Of a DNA stretch of 64,000 bases, positions 9,416 through 18,419 are shown piece by piece. Origin of the DNA: an uncultured archaeon (lineage in GTDB: Archaea; Aenigmatarchaeota; Aenigmatarchaeia; PWEA01; JAGHBM01); assembly GCA_964584335.1 (NCBI GenBank), contig CAZOZN010000001.1:275882-339881 (forward strand). The letters run 5' to 3'. The translations under genes were made by a program, and so were the position numbers. The notes under the pieces were generated by a model. The model saw only the letters and a list, made by a program, of their open reading frames with translations. It was not told the origin of the DNA and ran no database searches. The first letter of the stretch is position 1, and each line of letters begins with the position of its first letter.

Positions 9416-9654
9416 TAGAGTACATAATTTTAACTGCTTTATTTTTTTGCTCGTTGAGACTGATAATAGGACCTACAATATATGATAGAGTTGTTGCGCT
9501 TGACACGTTTTTGGTTCTTGTCATAGCTTTGCTCTCACTCTGGGCTCAGGGAGAAGAGATGCTTCTTGATATAGCAATAGTTTTTGCCGGCCTTAGTTTT
9601 GGTGCAACTCTTATATTCTCAAAATATATGAGAGGTGAAGAAATTTGGTCGTAA
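9412..9654 (+). CDS. mbhB: Mbh subunit B (MnhF-like)
   Basis: GPTIYDRVVALD motif. Confidence 0.9.
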   Translation: MIEYIILTALFFCSLRLIIGPTIYDRVVALDTFLVLVIALLSLWAQGEEMLLDIAIVFAGLSFGATLIFSKYMRGEEIWS

Positions 9655-9932
9655 TAACAGACATTCTGTTATTTGTTCCCGTAATTTTAGGGCTTATAGG
9701 GTCTTTGGGATTAATTAGAATGAAAAATGTCTATACCAGAATATTTGCTTCCACAATGTGTTCCGTAGGCTGTACTTGTCTTCTTATTTTTATTTTGGCG
9801 GTAAAGCATTTTTATTCTCCACTTTCCATGAAGTATTTTATTCTTCTTGTTTTGATAATACTTACTTCACCAACTGCTTCACATGCAATAGCAAACGCTG
9901 CTTATAAAAACAAAGTGGGTGTTAAAAAGTGA
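9645..9932 (+). CDS. mbhC: Mbh subunit C (MnhG-like)
   Basis: GLIRMKNVYTR...SPTASHAIANAA. Confidence 0.9.
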   Translation: MVVITDILLFVPVILGLIGSLGLIRMKNVYTRIFASTMCSVGCTCLLIFILAVKHFYSPLSMKYFILLVLIILTSPTASHAIANAAYKNKVGVKK

Positions 9933-10162
9933 TAGAATTTTTCTTTCTTCTTATTATGACTGTAATGTTCTTGATGATTTTAAAGGAAAAAGATCTTCTT
10001 AAGGCCGTTATATATCTTTCTTGTTCCAGTTTTTCTCTTACTGTAATATTCCTAATACTTAACGCTCCCGATATAGCAATAACTCAAGCAACTATAGAGG
10101 TTATTTTGGTTACAATAATATTTCTAGTTACAATAGAAAAAACTGAGAGGTTTGAAAAATGA
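9929..10162 (+). CDS. mbhD: Mbh subunit D (DUF4040)
   Basis: LNAPDIAITQA motif. Confidence 0.85.
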   Translation: MIEFFFLLIMTVMFLMILKEKDLLKAVIYLSCSSFSLTVIFLILNAPDIAITQATIEVILVTIIFLVTIEKTERFEK

Positions 10163-10437
10163 AAACTCCAATTTTTTTGATTTTTATAACATTTTTTGCA
10201 ATTCTGATTATATCTACTCTTACTTCTCCCGGTTTTGCTGCATTCGATGAAAAGATATCAAACTACCATATAAAAAATGCAATAAAGGATACCAGCGCAT
10301 CTAATGTTGTTACATCTATAATATGGGATTACAGGGCTTATGACACTCTTGGTGAGGAAACTATATTGTTTGCAGGTACTCTTGGAATTTATGCAATGTT
10401 TCATAACTACGTTAGAAAAAAGGTGAAAGTTAAATGA
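10159..10437 (+). CDS. mbhE: Mbh subunit E
   Basis: NVVTSIIWDYRAYDTLGEE signature. Confidence 0.9.
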   Translation: MKTPIFLIFITFFAILIISTLTSPGFAAFDEKISNYHIKNAIKDTSASNVVTSIIWDYRAYDTLGEETILFAGTLGIYAMFHNYVRKKVKVK

Positions 10438-10832
10438 CTGTAATAAAAGAGACTGTTTCCAGAATACTTCTTCCTTTTCTTTTATTGTTTAGTTTTTACG
10501 TATTAACACACGCCCATTTGACTATTGGAGGAGGTTTTCAGGGTGGTGTTCTTTTGGCTTCCAGCATAATACTTGTCTGTATTGTTTACGGCCTAAAGAG
10601 AGCAGAGCATATAATAAAGGAAGAGACTTCTCACAGGGTAGAAGCCGCTGCTGGCATACTTCTTTCTTCGATTGTTGTCTTTGAGCTTTTTTTGAGAGAC
10701 AGTTTTACAATGTCCGGTGATTTTTTTAATATATGGAGCAGTGGAGAAATAATGATTCTAAATGTTGTCGGCGGTATTATGGTGATGACTGCCTTCCTTA
10801 TAATATTTTATTCAATGGTGAAAGAAAAATGA
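10434..10832 (+). CDS. mbhF: Mbh subunit F (MnhB-like)
   Basis: HLTIGGGFQGG motif. Confidence 0.9.
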   Translation: MTVIKETVSRILLPFLLLFSFYVLTHAHLTIGGGFQGGVLLASSIILVCIVYGLKRAEHIIKEETSHRVEAAAGILLSSIVVFELFLRDSFTMSGDFFNIWSSGEIMILNVVGGIMVMTAFLIIFYSMVKEK

Positions 10833-10871
10833 GCAAAATAAATTTTGAATTTTTTTCAAAGGTGAGAAAAA

Positions 10872-11219
10872 ATGATTGAGTATGTTTTTGGTGTAATTTT
10901 TATAATTATTGGAATGTACTGCTTGGTTTTAAAAGAAAACATCATAAAGAAGATAATGGGTATAAGTATAATAATAATGGCCGTACACCTTCTTCTAATA
11001 AGAATAGGCTATAGAGAAAATGGCATTCCTCCAATATTGAATCCAGAAAATATAATCAATTTCTCAAGTTATTCGGTAGACCCTCTGGTGCAAGCTCTTG
11101 TACTGACTTCAATAGTAATAGATTTGTCTATTACTGCTCTGGCTTTGTCTATGGTTATAATGCTTTACGAGAAGAAGAAAACATTAAATACTAAAAAGAT
11201 GAGGTTGCTTTCCGGATGA
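10872..11219 (+). CDS. mbhG: Mbh subunit G (MnhC-like)
   Basis: DPLVQALVLTSIVI motif. Confidence 0.9.
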   Translation: MIEYVFGVIFIIIGMYCLVLKENIIKKIMGISIIIMAVHLLLIRIGYRENGIPPILNPENIINFSSYSVDPLVQALVLTSIVIDLSITALALSMVIMLYEKKKTLNTKKMRLLSG

Positions 11220-12631
11220 TTCCAATATACCTTCCTTTAGCTATAATGCTTATTGCCGGTTTTTTGACTCCTTTGATAGGAATAAAGCTAAAGTTTTTGA
11301 GAAGGGTTTTCGTAACAAGTGTGCTTTTTGTTTGTTTTTTCTTCTGGGTTTCCCTTCTTCCTATAGTTTTTTCCGGTGAGACGCTTGTATACAATATGAA
11401 TGAATGGGTTGCCCCAATGGGCATAACTCTTGTATTGGATTCTTTTTCTATATTTTTTCTCGTACTGGTTTCCGGACTTAGTATAATAATTTCGACTGTG
11501 ATAGAAAAATTTATAAAGGATAGAAGGTCCGAGTTTTATTCACTTTTTCTTATTTTTGTTGTCGGTGTAAGCGGTGTTATTATAAGCGGTGATATTTTCA
11601 ATATTTTTGTCTTCACGGAAATAATGACTATAAGCCTTTATGCTTTGACTGTTTTCAAAAGGACTGAAAAAGGTCTGGAAGCGGGTCTAAAATATATAAT
11701 TGTTGGTAGTTTTTCTGCCGCTTTAATACTGCTTGGTATAGCGTTGGTTTATGGTATTACAGGCACCCTGAATTTGGCCGACCTTGTTACTAAGGTATCT
11801 TTAAGTAGTGCCTCAATACCTCTGGGCCTTATACTAACCGGTTATTTTACAGAGTCAGGAGTTGTTCCTTTTCACTTCTGGAAACCTGACGTTACTGAAG
11901 GTGCTCCGCTTCCTGTTGCTCTAATGCTTTTGTCTATATCATCATGCACAGGAATTTATGTTATAATAAGAATCTTGTTTGTTTTTGGTTTGTTGGGAAT
12001 CAATTATCTGCTAATGATAATAGGCATTCTTTCTATGGTCATTGGCGCTTTCATGGCTCTTTTCCAGGAAGATTTGAAGAGGATGCTCGCTTATTCGTGC
12101 ATATCCCAAATAGGTTACATATTTTTTGCATTCGGACTAGGTTACATAGGGTTTGCCGGGGGTTTGTTTCAGATATTTAATAATTCTTTGTTGAAAATGG
12201 TATTGCTTCTTATAATTTGTTTTATTTATTGGAAGCAAAATTCTCTAAAACCTGTAAACATGCCTGTAACTGGAGCTTGTTTTCTTATAGCCTCCATGGG
12301 AGTTGCCGGGATACCCCCCTTGAACGGTTTCGCAAGCAAGTTTTTGATATACGAGGCGGGGTTCAGGAGCGGTTTTATAATACCGACCTTAATAGCTATA
12401 ATTTTTTCGGTAATAACTCTTGCATATTATCTTAAGGCTTTTGGCAAGCTTTTCTCCGGTTCGGAAAAAGTAATGAAGGAAGAAAAGTCCTTCTTGATAC
12501 CCATAATCGTGCTTACAATATTTTGTATAATTCTGGGAATTTTCCCCAATGTTTTTATAGATACAATAGAACCTGTCTTAAGCTCTCTTTCGAGCAATTA
12601 TGAATATTACTGTTCGGTGTTTTGGTGTTGA
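11216..12631 (+). CDS. mbhH: Mbh subunit H (MnhD/antiporter-like proton-translocating subunit)
   Basis: DIFNIFVFTEI, PFHFWKPD, KRMLAYSCISQIGY and GIPPLNGFASK. Confidence 0.9.
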   Translation: MIPIYLPLAIMLIAGFLTPLIGIKLKFLRRVFVTSVLFVCFFFWVSLLPIVFSGETLVYNMNEWVAPMGITLVLDSFSIFFLVLVSGLSIIISTVIEKFIKDRRSEFYSLFLIFVVGVSGVIISGDIFNIFVFTEIMTISLYALTVFKRTEKGLEAGLKYIIVGSFSAALILLGIALVYGITGTLNLADLVTKVSLSSASIPLGLILTGYFTESGVVPFHFWKPDVTEGAPLPVALMLLSISSCTGIYVIIRILFVFGLLGINYLLMIIGILSMVIGAFMALFQEDLKRMLAYSCISQIGYIFFAFGLGYIGFAGGLFQIFNNSLLKMVLLLIICFIYWKQNSLKPVNMPVTGACFLIASMGVAGIPPLNGFASKFLIYEAGFRSGFIIPTLIAIIFSVITLAYYLKAFGKLFSGSEKVMKEEKSFLIPIIVLTIFCIILGIFPNVFIDTIEPVLSSLSSNYEYYCSVFWC

Positions 12632-12632
12632 A

Positions 12633-14054
12633 ATGAAAGGTTTGTCTGTTTTCGTCGAGGCAATAATTTTGATAGCTTTTGTTATAGCTGCTTCTTTTAT
12701 AGTGAATTCTTTTGTATCTGATGTTTCAGAATCCACGAAAAGGGATGTTGAAAAAAGCGGGGAAGAATCTGTGAGCTGCGGAATGGCAGCAATAGATATA
12801 GACGAGGACTTGGTTAGTATACAGTATTCAAGCCCTGTTAATTGCCTTTACAAGAGAAAATTTACTTTTGATAATTCATTTTCAAGCGACAGTCTTAAGA
12901 ATTTTACAGTTCTATTAAGGCTTGACTCTTCCAGAATTGATTATTCAAAGACCGGTGAGGGGGATATAAGGTTTTATGACAGCGATTTGTCTCTTCTTAA
13001 TCACGAGTTTGAATTATGGAACGAGAGCGGAGAAAGTTTAATATGGGTTAGGGTTCCGCAGATAGACAGGAATTCAGATTCTGACCATATCTGGGCCTAC
13101 TATAATTGTACAGATGTTGTTAATGAAGATAAAGAGAGTTCCTGGGACTCGTCTTATATGATGGTCCATCACATGGAGGAAACAGGCAGTGTTTTGTACG
13201 ATTCTACTTCAAGAGATAATGACGGTGAATGGATTGATGGGGATTTTAGCGGGAGCACGGATGTAAAGGGAAAAGTAGGTCTGGCCAATGACTTTAACGG
13301 CAATGACTATGTTAATATTAGTGACGATTCCAATCTTGATTTGAATGCATTTACCGTAGAGTTATGGGTCAAGTTTGAAAGTGTAACAGGTCATTTGATA
13401 CAAAAAAAGAGAGCAGGTCAGACTCCGGATATTGCAAAATCAAATTATTTAATACAAACAAGAACAGGAAACAGAATAAGGGCTGGTAGTGGAGATTGTA
13501 ACGGGGGTTATTCACCAGGAGACGGGCCAACTACAGTAATAACGGATGTTTGGTACTATTTTGTCTATAGTTACAATAACTCGGGGAGCTATCAGAGATT
13601 GTATTATGATGGTATTAACACGAATTCAATATACAGAACCATTAACCCCTGTGATGGAGGCACTGAAGTAATTAGAATTGGTGGACAGGCGGATGGAGAT
13701 AACTACGCAGATGCAATAATAGATGAGGTTAGGATTCAAAACATACAAAGAAGCGGGGACTGGATAAATGCCACTTACAAAAATATTAATGATGAATATG
13801 TAATTTATGGAAGTGAGAGAGATTCGGAAGTCGGTGAAATAAGAGTGACTTTGGAAAATATTGGTCAGACTAAGCTGTACGGTCTTGAAATATCAGCTTA
13901 CAATGGAACGGGTTATTATACTTATGACACGGAACCGAATGAGATATCTGCAGGTTCCAAGTTTACAATAAAATCAGATTCTCCGTCAGGGGAAATATTA
14001 AAGATTAGGGTAAATACTAATTGCCCAAATGTTTATGACGAGGTGGAAATATGA
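12633..14054 (+). CDS. Archaeal type IV pilin-like protein with inserted DUF2341 and LamG/ConA-like domains
   Basis: Class III signal MKG|LSVFVEAIILIAFVIAA; DUF2341 pattern (DIRFYDSD...WVRVP); LamG pattern (FTVELWVK...IDEVRI); pilin-like C-terminus (VTLENIG...CPNVYD). Start taken at ATG 12633. Confidence 0.75.
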   Translation: MKGLSVFVEAIILIAFVIAASFIVNSFVSDVSESTKRDVEKSGEESVSCGMAAIDIDEDLVSIQYSSPVNCLYKRKFTFDNSFSSDSLKNFTVLLRLDSSRIDYSKTGEGDIRFYDSDLSLLNHEFELWNESGESLIWVRVPQIDRNSDSDHIWAYYNCTDVVNEDKESSWDSSYMMVHHMEETGSVLYDSTSRDNDGEWIDGDFSGSTDVKGKVGLANDFNGNDYVNISDDSNLDLNAFTVELWVKFESVTGHLIQKKRAGQTPDIAKSNYLIQTRTGNRIRAGSGDCNGGYSPGDGPTTVITDVWYYFVYSYNNSGSYQRLYYDGINTNSIYRTINPCDGGTEVIRIGGQADGDNYADAIIDEVRIQNIQRSGDWINATYKNINDEYVIYGSERDSEVGEIRVTLENIGQTKLYGLEISAYNGTGYYTYDTEPNEISAGSKFTIKSDSPSGEILKIRVNTNCPNVYDEVEI

Positions 14055-14257
14055 GCAAGGAAAGGGAAACAGAGATGTACTTGTGCGGAGAAAAATATGA
14101 GAGGCAGTATGGCGGAGAATATTTTTTTGATTCAATATTTAAAGTGTTCGGATTAAAAAAACTAAAAGATGGTCATTCGGGAGACTTGAGCGATTATCTT
14201 TATTGGATGGTAATAGGTATTGTTTTTGTTATGTCATTGTTGGTGGTGTTTGTTTGA
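14051..14257 (+). CDS. mbhI: Mbh subunit I (short form)
   Basis: YLCGE...HSGDLSDYLYW plus C-terminal TM; directly before the small subunit. Confidence 0.75.
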   Translation: MSKERETEMYLCGEKYERQYGGEYFFDSIFKVFGLKKLKDGHSGDLSDYLYWMVIGIVFVMSLLVVFV

Positions 14258-14679
14258 GTTTAAAGAGTTACTCGCGTAAAAAGAGTCCCTGGATACTTCA
14301 TTTTTCATGTTCCGGATGCAACGGCTGTACTATAGAGGAGTTTGCTTCTTTGACTCCCAGGTTTGATATAGAAAGATTTGGGGCACAGATGAGGGGTTCT
14401 CCCAGGCATGCGGATATACTGCTTGTTGACGGTTTGGTAAACAAGAAAGTTCTTCCCAGACTAAAAAGAATTTATGACCAGATATCCGAGCCCAAGGTGG
14501 TGGTTGCTGTCGGTGCATGCGCAACAGGTCTCGGGGTTTTCCGGGGAAACTACGGCCTGATGGGCCCGCTTGATAAAGTTATTCCAGTTGATGTAAAAGT
14601 ATCCGGTTGTCCCCCAAGGCCGGAATCCATAATTGATGGTATTATAAAGGCAATAAAAATTTTGGGTGAAAAGAAATAA
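14254..14679 (+). CDS. mbhJ: Mbh [NiFe]-hydrogenase small subunit (NuoB-like)
   Basis: CSGCNGC, SPRHADIL, VGACA and GCPPRPE; TTG start overlaps the mbhI stop. Confidence 0.92.
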   Translation: MSLKSYSRKKSPWILHFSCSGCNGCTIEEFASLTPRFDIERFGAQMRGSPRHADILLVDGLVNKKVLPRLKRIYDQISEPKVVVAVGACATGLGVFRGNYGLMGPLDKVIPVDVKVSGCPPRPESIIDGIIKAIKILGEKK

Positions 14680-14689
14680 AGGTGAAAAA

Positions 14690-15085
14690 ATGAAACATCT
14701 CGGAAAGATAGGAAAGGTATACAAAAAAGAGAAAGAAAAGGTTTGGATTAGCGTGCCCAAGAAAAATCTTATAAATACATGCGAAAAACTCAAAACGGAA
14801 TATGGTGTCAGAAGGATTATATCTATTTCCGGATACGATACAGGCAGAAACATAGAAGTTATTTACCATTTTGAACTTGGCCATGGCGTACTTAACCTGA
14901 AGATAAAAGTATCTAAAAAGTCAAACAAAATAAAAAGCATAACACCTGTATTTAAGTCTGCAAATCTTTTTGAAAGAGAACTTTTTGAGATGCTTGGTTT
15001 GGACATAACAGGGCACCCTAACCTTAAGAAGCTTTTTCTTCCCAAGGAAATTAATACTCCTCTGAGGAAAGGTGATAAAAAATGA
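14690..15085 (+). CDS. mbhK: Mbh subunit K (NuoC-like)
   Basis: SANLFERELFEMLGL...GHPNL; GGTGA before ATG 14690. Confidence 0.9.
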   Translation: MKHLGKIGKVYKKEKEKVWISVPKKNLINTCEKLKTEYGVRRIISISGYDTGRNIEVIYHFELGHGVLNLKIKVSKKSNKIKSITPVFKSANLFERELFEMLGLDITGHPNLKKLFLPKEINTPLRKGDKK

Positions 15086-16230
15086 AAGAGATAAAAATAC
15101 CTTTCGGTCCGCAACATCCGGCTTTGCCTGAGCCTGTTCACTTTAGGCTTAAAATTGATGGTGAAATAGTCAAAGGATTGGATATATCTCTGGGTTACAA
15201 TCACAGGGGGATAGAAAAGGGCTTTGAGAATAGGGACCTGTTTAAGGATATATATCTCTCTGAAAGGGTATGTGGCCTTTGTGGTCATTCGCATAGTTCT
15301 TGTTTTGTTAACGGGGTGGAAAAAATATTAGATGTGGATGTTCCTGAAAGAGCTCAATACATAAGGACTCTTATATTTGAATTGTCAAGAATACATTCTC
15401 ATTATCTTTACGCGGCAATGTGCGCATACGAGCTTGGTTACGATACAGTATTTCAGATTATGTTTAGGGACAGGGAAAGTGTAATGGAGATTTTGGAAGA
15501 GCTTACAGGAAACCGCGTTCATTATGTGATAAATACATTTGGAGGAGTTAGAAGAGATTTCAAGATGAATTCAGGGATAAGGGAAAGACTGGAATATCTA
15601 AAAAAGAGAACCAAGGAAAGCATGAAATACTTTAACAGAGAAAGCTCAATGGTCAGGAGAACAAGAAACAGAGGTATTTTGTCACATGAAAATGCAATTG
15701 ACTTGGGGGTTGTAGGTCCTAACGCAAGAGCTTCTGGTATACCTATGGACATAAGAAAAGACGATCCTTATTTCTGCTACGATGAATTGAAATTTAAGAC
15801 AATAACATCAAACATGGGTGACATATTGTCAAGAATAAACTTAAGGCTTTACGAAATAATTGAGAGTTTAAAATTGATTGACCAAATTATAGAGAAAATA
15901 CCTAAGGGTAAAATAAAGGTTCCTGTTAATCTTAGTAAAATAAAAAAAGAAGAATTTTTCAGCAGAGTAGAAGCTCCGAGGGGAGAGCTTGCCTATTATA
16001 TAAGAACTTCCGACAAGGCGAACCCAGAGAGAGTTAAAATAAGAACACCCACATATGCTACGCTTAATGCCTTGCCTGTTCTTTTAAAGGGATTGAAACT
16101 TGCAGATGTTTCGATAGCAATAATGTCTATAGACCCTTGCATGTCATGTACAGATAGAATGACTTTGTTGGATGTTAAGACTGGAAAAGAAAAAATAATC
16201 AGGGGAGAGGAGCTTAGAAATGCTATATGA
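15082..16230 (+). CDS. mbhL: Mbh [NiFe]-hydrogenase large subunit (group 4)
   Basis: GPQHP; L1 ERVCGLC and L2 DPCMSCTDR Ni-binding motifs intact; C-terminal extension for proteolytic maturation. Confidence 0.95.
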   Translation: MKEIKIPFGPQHPALPEPVHFRLKIDGEIVKGLDISLGYNHRGIEKGFENRDLFKDIYLSERVCGLCGHSHSSCFVNGVEKILDVDVPERAQYIRTLIFELSRIHSHYLYAAMCAYELGYDTVFQIMFRDRESVMEILEELTGNRVHYVINTFGGVRRDFKMNSGIRERLEYLKKRTKESMKYFNRESSMVRRTRNRGILSHENAIDLGVVGPNARASGIPMDIRKDDPYFCYDELKFKTITSNMGDILSRINLRLYEIIESLKLIDQIIEKIPKGKIKVPVNLSKIKKEEFFSRVEAPRGELAYYIRTSDKANPERVKIRTPTYATLNALPVLLKGLKLADVSIAIMSIDPCMSCTDRMTLLDVKTGKEKIIRGEELRNAI

Positions 16231-17080
16231 AGTTATTTTTATATTTTTAAAAATTTTAATGGCGGCAATTTTTGGACTCTTTTTTATGGGTATAATGAGA
16301 AAACTTGCCGCAAGGCTTCAGCAAAGAGTGGGACCGCCTATTTGGCAGCCTTTTCTTGACTTGATAAAACTTCTATCAAAAGAAAACATAAAGTCAAAAA
16401 GGGAAAATCCTTATCTTGCCTGGGGTCCGATAATATCTTTATCTGCATATGTTTCTATTATAATGATAATTCCCATTAGCGGTTTTCCGGATATCTACAC
16501 CAGAGGTTCTATAATTTACGTTATATATCTTTTGCTAATGGGTTTGTCTGGTTACATAATATCTGGTTTTTCCTCAGGCAGCCCATACGGAAATATAGGC
16601 GGAAGCAGGGAGATTATTCAGTCCTTTGGTTTTGAACTGCCCTTTATAATAGCTTTACTTGTGCCGGCTTTATCCACGCTTACAATAACCGAAGGTACTT
16701 TTCTTTTCTATCCTTTTGCTTTCATCGCTTTTATTATTTCAGTGCAGGGCGAATTACAGCTCCCGCCTTTTCATATACCTCATGCAGAACAGGAAATAGT
16801 TTCGGGAGTTACTACAGAAATCTCGGGCTTCAAGCTGGGTCTATTTGAACTTGCCTATGCTTTCAAGCTATTTGCTTTGTCATCCCTCGTTTCTATATTA
16901 TTTCTTGGAGGGGGTAATTTTATTTTCTTTATTTTAAAGACTTTCGGTGTCGTTATACTTCTTACTGTAATTAGAATGCTATTTGCAAGAATGACTATAG
17001 AGCAGGGACTTAAATTTATGTGGCTTGTGGCATCCCCATTGGCAATAATAGATATGGTAAAGATGATGCTGATTTTATGA
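16220..17080 (+). CDS. mbhM: Mbh subunit M (NuoH-like)
   Basis: RKLAARLQQRVGPP...QPFLDLIKL; PFHIPHAEQEIVSG. Confidence 0.92.
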   Translation: MLYEVIFIFLKILMAAIFGLFFMGIMRKLAARLQQRVGPPIWQPFLDLIKLLSKENIKSKRENPYLAWGPIISLSAYVSIIMIIPISGFPDIYTRGSIIYVIYLLLMGLSGYIISGFSSGSPYGNIGGSREIIQSFGFELPFIIALLVPALSTLTITEGTFLFYPFAFIAFIISVQGELQLPPFHIPHAEQEIVSGVTTEISGFKLGLFELAYAFKLFALSSLVSILFLGGGNFIFFILKTFGVVILLTVIRMLFARMTIEQGLKFMWLVASPLAIIDMVKMMLIL

Positions 17081-17883
17081 AAATTGACAAAATTGTTTTT
17101 TTGTCCATGTTATTTTTTCTTCTTTTTTTGTTTGTTTTGTTGATTTTTTCTGAAAGCGAAAAAGAAATAGGCTTTGTAGGCAGGGTCTTAGATGGTGACA
17201 CTTTTGAGCTTAACAACAGCAAGAAAGTCAGACTTATAGGAATAAACTCTCCGGAAAGGGGAGAAATTTATTATGACGAATCCAGGCGGAAACTAAAAGA
17301 TTTGATAGAGGGAAAGAAAGTTTTTATGGAGAAAGACAAGGAAGAAAAGGACAGATACGGAAGGCTTTTGCGTTATGTTTATCTTGAAGAGGAAATGGTA
17401 AATCTTTTAATGGTTGAGAATGGTTATGCGATACACTATCTCTTTGAGCCTAACACGTTTTATGGTAATTTGTTTGAAAATGCGGAAAAATCCGCCATGG
17501 AATCAGAGTCGGGTTTATGGTCTTTTGTTTCTGACGACAATTGTTCGGTTTGTTTAGTTTTGGAAGAATTTAATTGGAATGCAGACGGTAATGACTGCAA
17601 AAATCCTAACGGGGAATGGGTTTCATTTAGAAACAGGTGTGATTTTGATTGCAATATTACAGGGTGGACTGTTTCTGATAGTGGAAGAAACGAATACAAA
17701 TTTGAAGTTTTTTTGTTATCACCTGGTTCTAGTTTTGTTTTGTTTTCCGGAGAAGGAAATAATACTGATAAAGAAATTTATTGGAATAGAAAAGGCGCCT
17801 GTCCGGCTGTTTGGAATAACGATGGTGATACCTTGTTTTTGAGAGATTCTCTTGGTTATATTGCAGAGGTTATTGGTTATTAA
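17077..17883 (+). CDS. Membrane-anchored thermonuclease (SNase) with lamin-tail domain
   Basis: VLDGDT, VRLIGINSPE and DRYGRLLRYV; C-terminal LTD (GEWVSFRN...GWTVSD...VWNNDGD); ATG 17077 overlaps the mbhM stop. Confidence 0.88.
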   Translation: MKIDKIVFLSMLFFLLFLFVLLIFSESEKEIGFVGRVLDGDTFELNNSKKVRLIGINSPERGEIYYDESRRKLKDLIEGKKVFMEKDKEEKDRYGRLLRYVYLEEEMVNLLMVENGYAIHYLFEPNTFYGNLFENAEKSAMESESGLWSFVSDDNCSVCLVLEEFNWNADGNDCKNPNGEWVSFRNRCDFDCNITGWTVSDSGRNEYKFEVFLLSPGSSFVLFSGEGNNTDKEIYWNRKGACPAVWNNDGDTLFLRDSLGYIAEVIGY

Positions 17884-18419
17884 ATTTCTAAAAATTTTTT
17901 GACTACTTCTTCTTGCCTTACCTCTGGATGGAACATTATTCCGTATATGTTTTTTGACCTGTGTTTTATTGCTTGTATGCATTTATCTGACTCTGCCAAT
18001 ATCTCAAAATCAGTATCCTTTATAGAGTAATTATGGAGTTCGTAAACTCTCAGGTTTCCATCGAAAAGCTTGTTATGTTTTTTTGTATTTATTTCCTTGA
18101 TTCCGATTTCTTTGTTTTTTATTATCTTTGCCCCGAATACCAAACCTATAACTTGCATGCCTGCACATATGCCCAGTATGTTTTTTTCTGTTTTTCTTAA
18201 CCATTCAAATTTTTTTAAGTTTTTCATGTAATTACTGTCTTTCAGTGAGGTACCGCATAATATTATTTTTTCAAAAAATTCCAAGTCTTTCTCTTCAATC
18301 TCAGAGTAATGTTTTAATGTACATTTTCCGGTTATTTTTGATATGGGCCTCAAGAACTCGTAGCTGCTCAGAGAGTTTTTTTTGTAGCACAAATCAACCA
18401 AAAGTGTTTTTTTACTCAT
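17880..18419 (-). CDS. Class I glutamine amidotransferase
   Basis: LGICAGMQ nucleophile elbow and FHPE; Cys-His-Glu triad intact. Confidence 0.85.
   Translation of the reverse strand: MSKKTLLVDLCYKKNSLSSYEFLRPISKITGKCTLKHYSEIEEKDLEFFEKIILCGTSLKDSNYMKNLKKFEWLRKTEKNILGICAGMQVIGLVFGAKIIKNKEIGIKEINTKKHNKLFDGNLRVYELHNYSIKDTDFEILAESDKCIQAIKHRSKNIYGIMFHPEVRQEEVVKKFLEI

Noticed and set aside
10829-10879. 16-codon ORF bridging mbhF and mbhG
   Set aside because: Too short, no motif, and mbhG has its own AGGTGA SD
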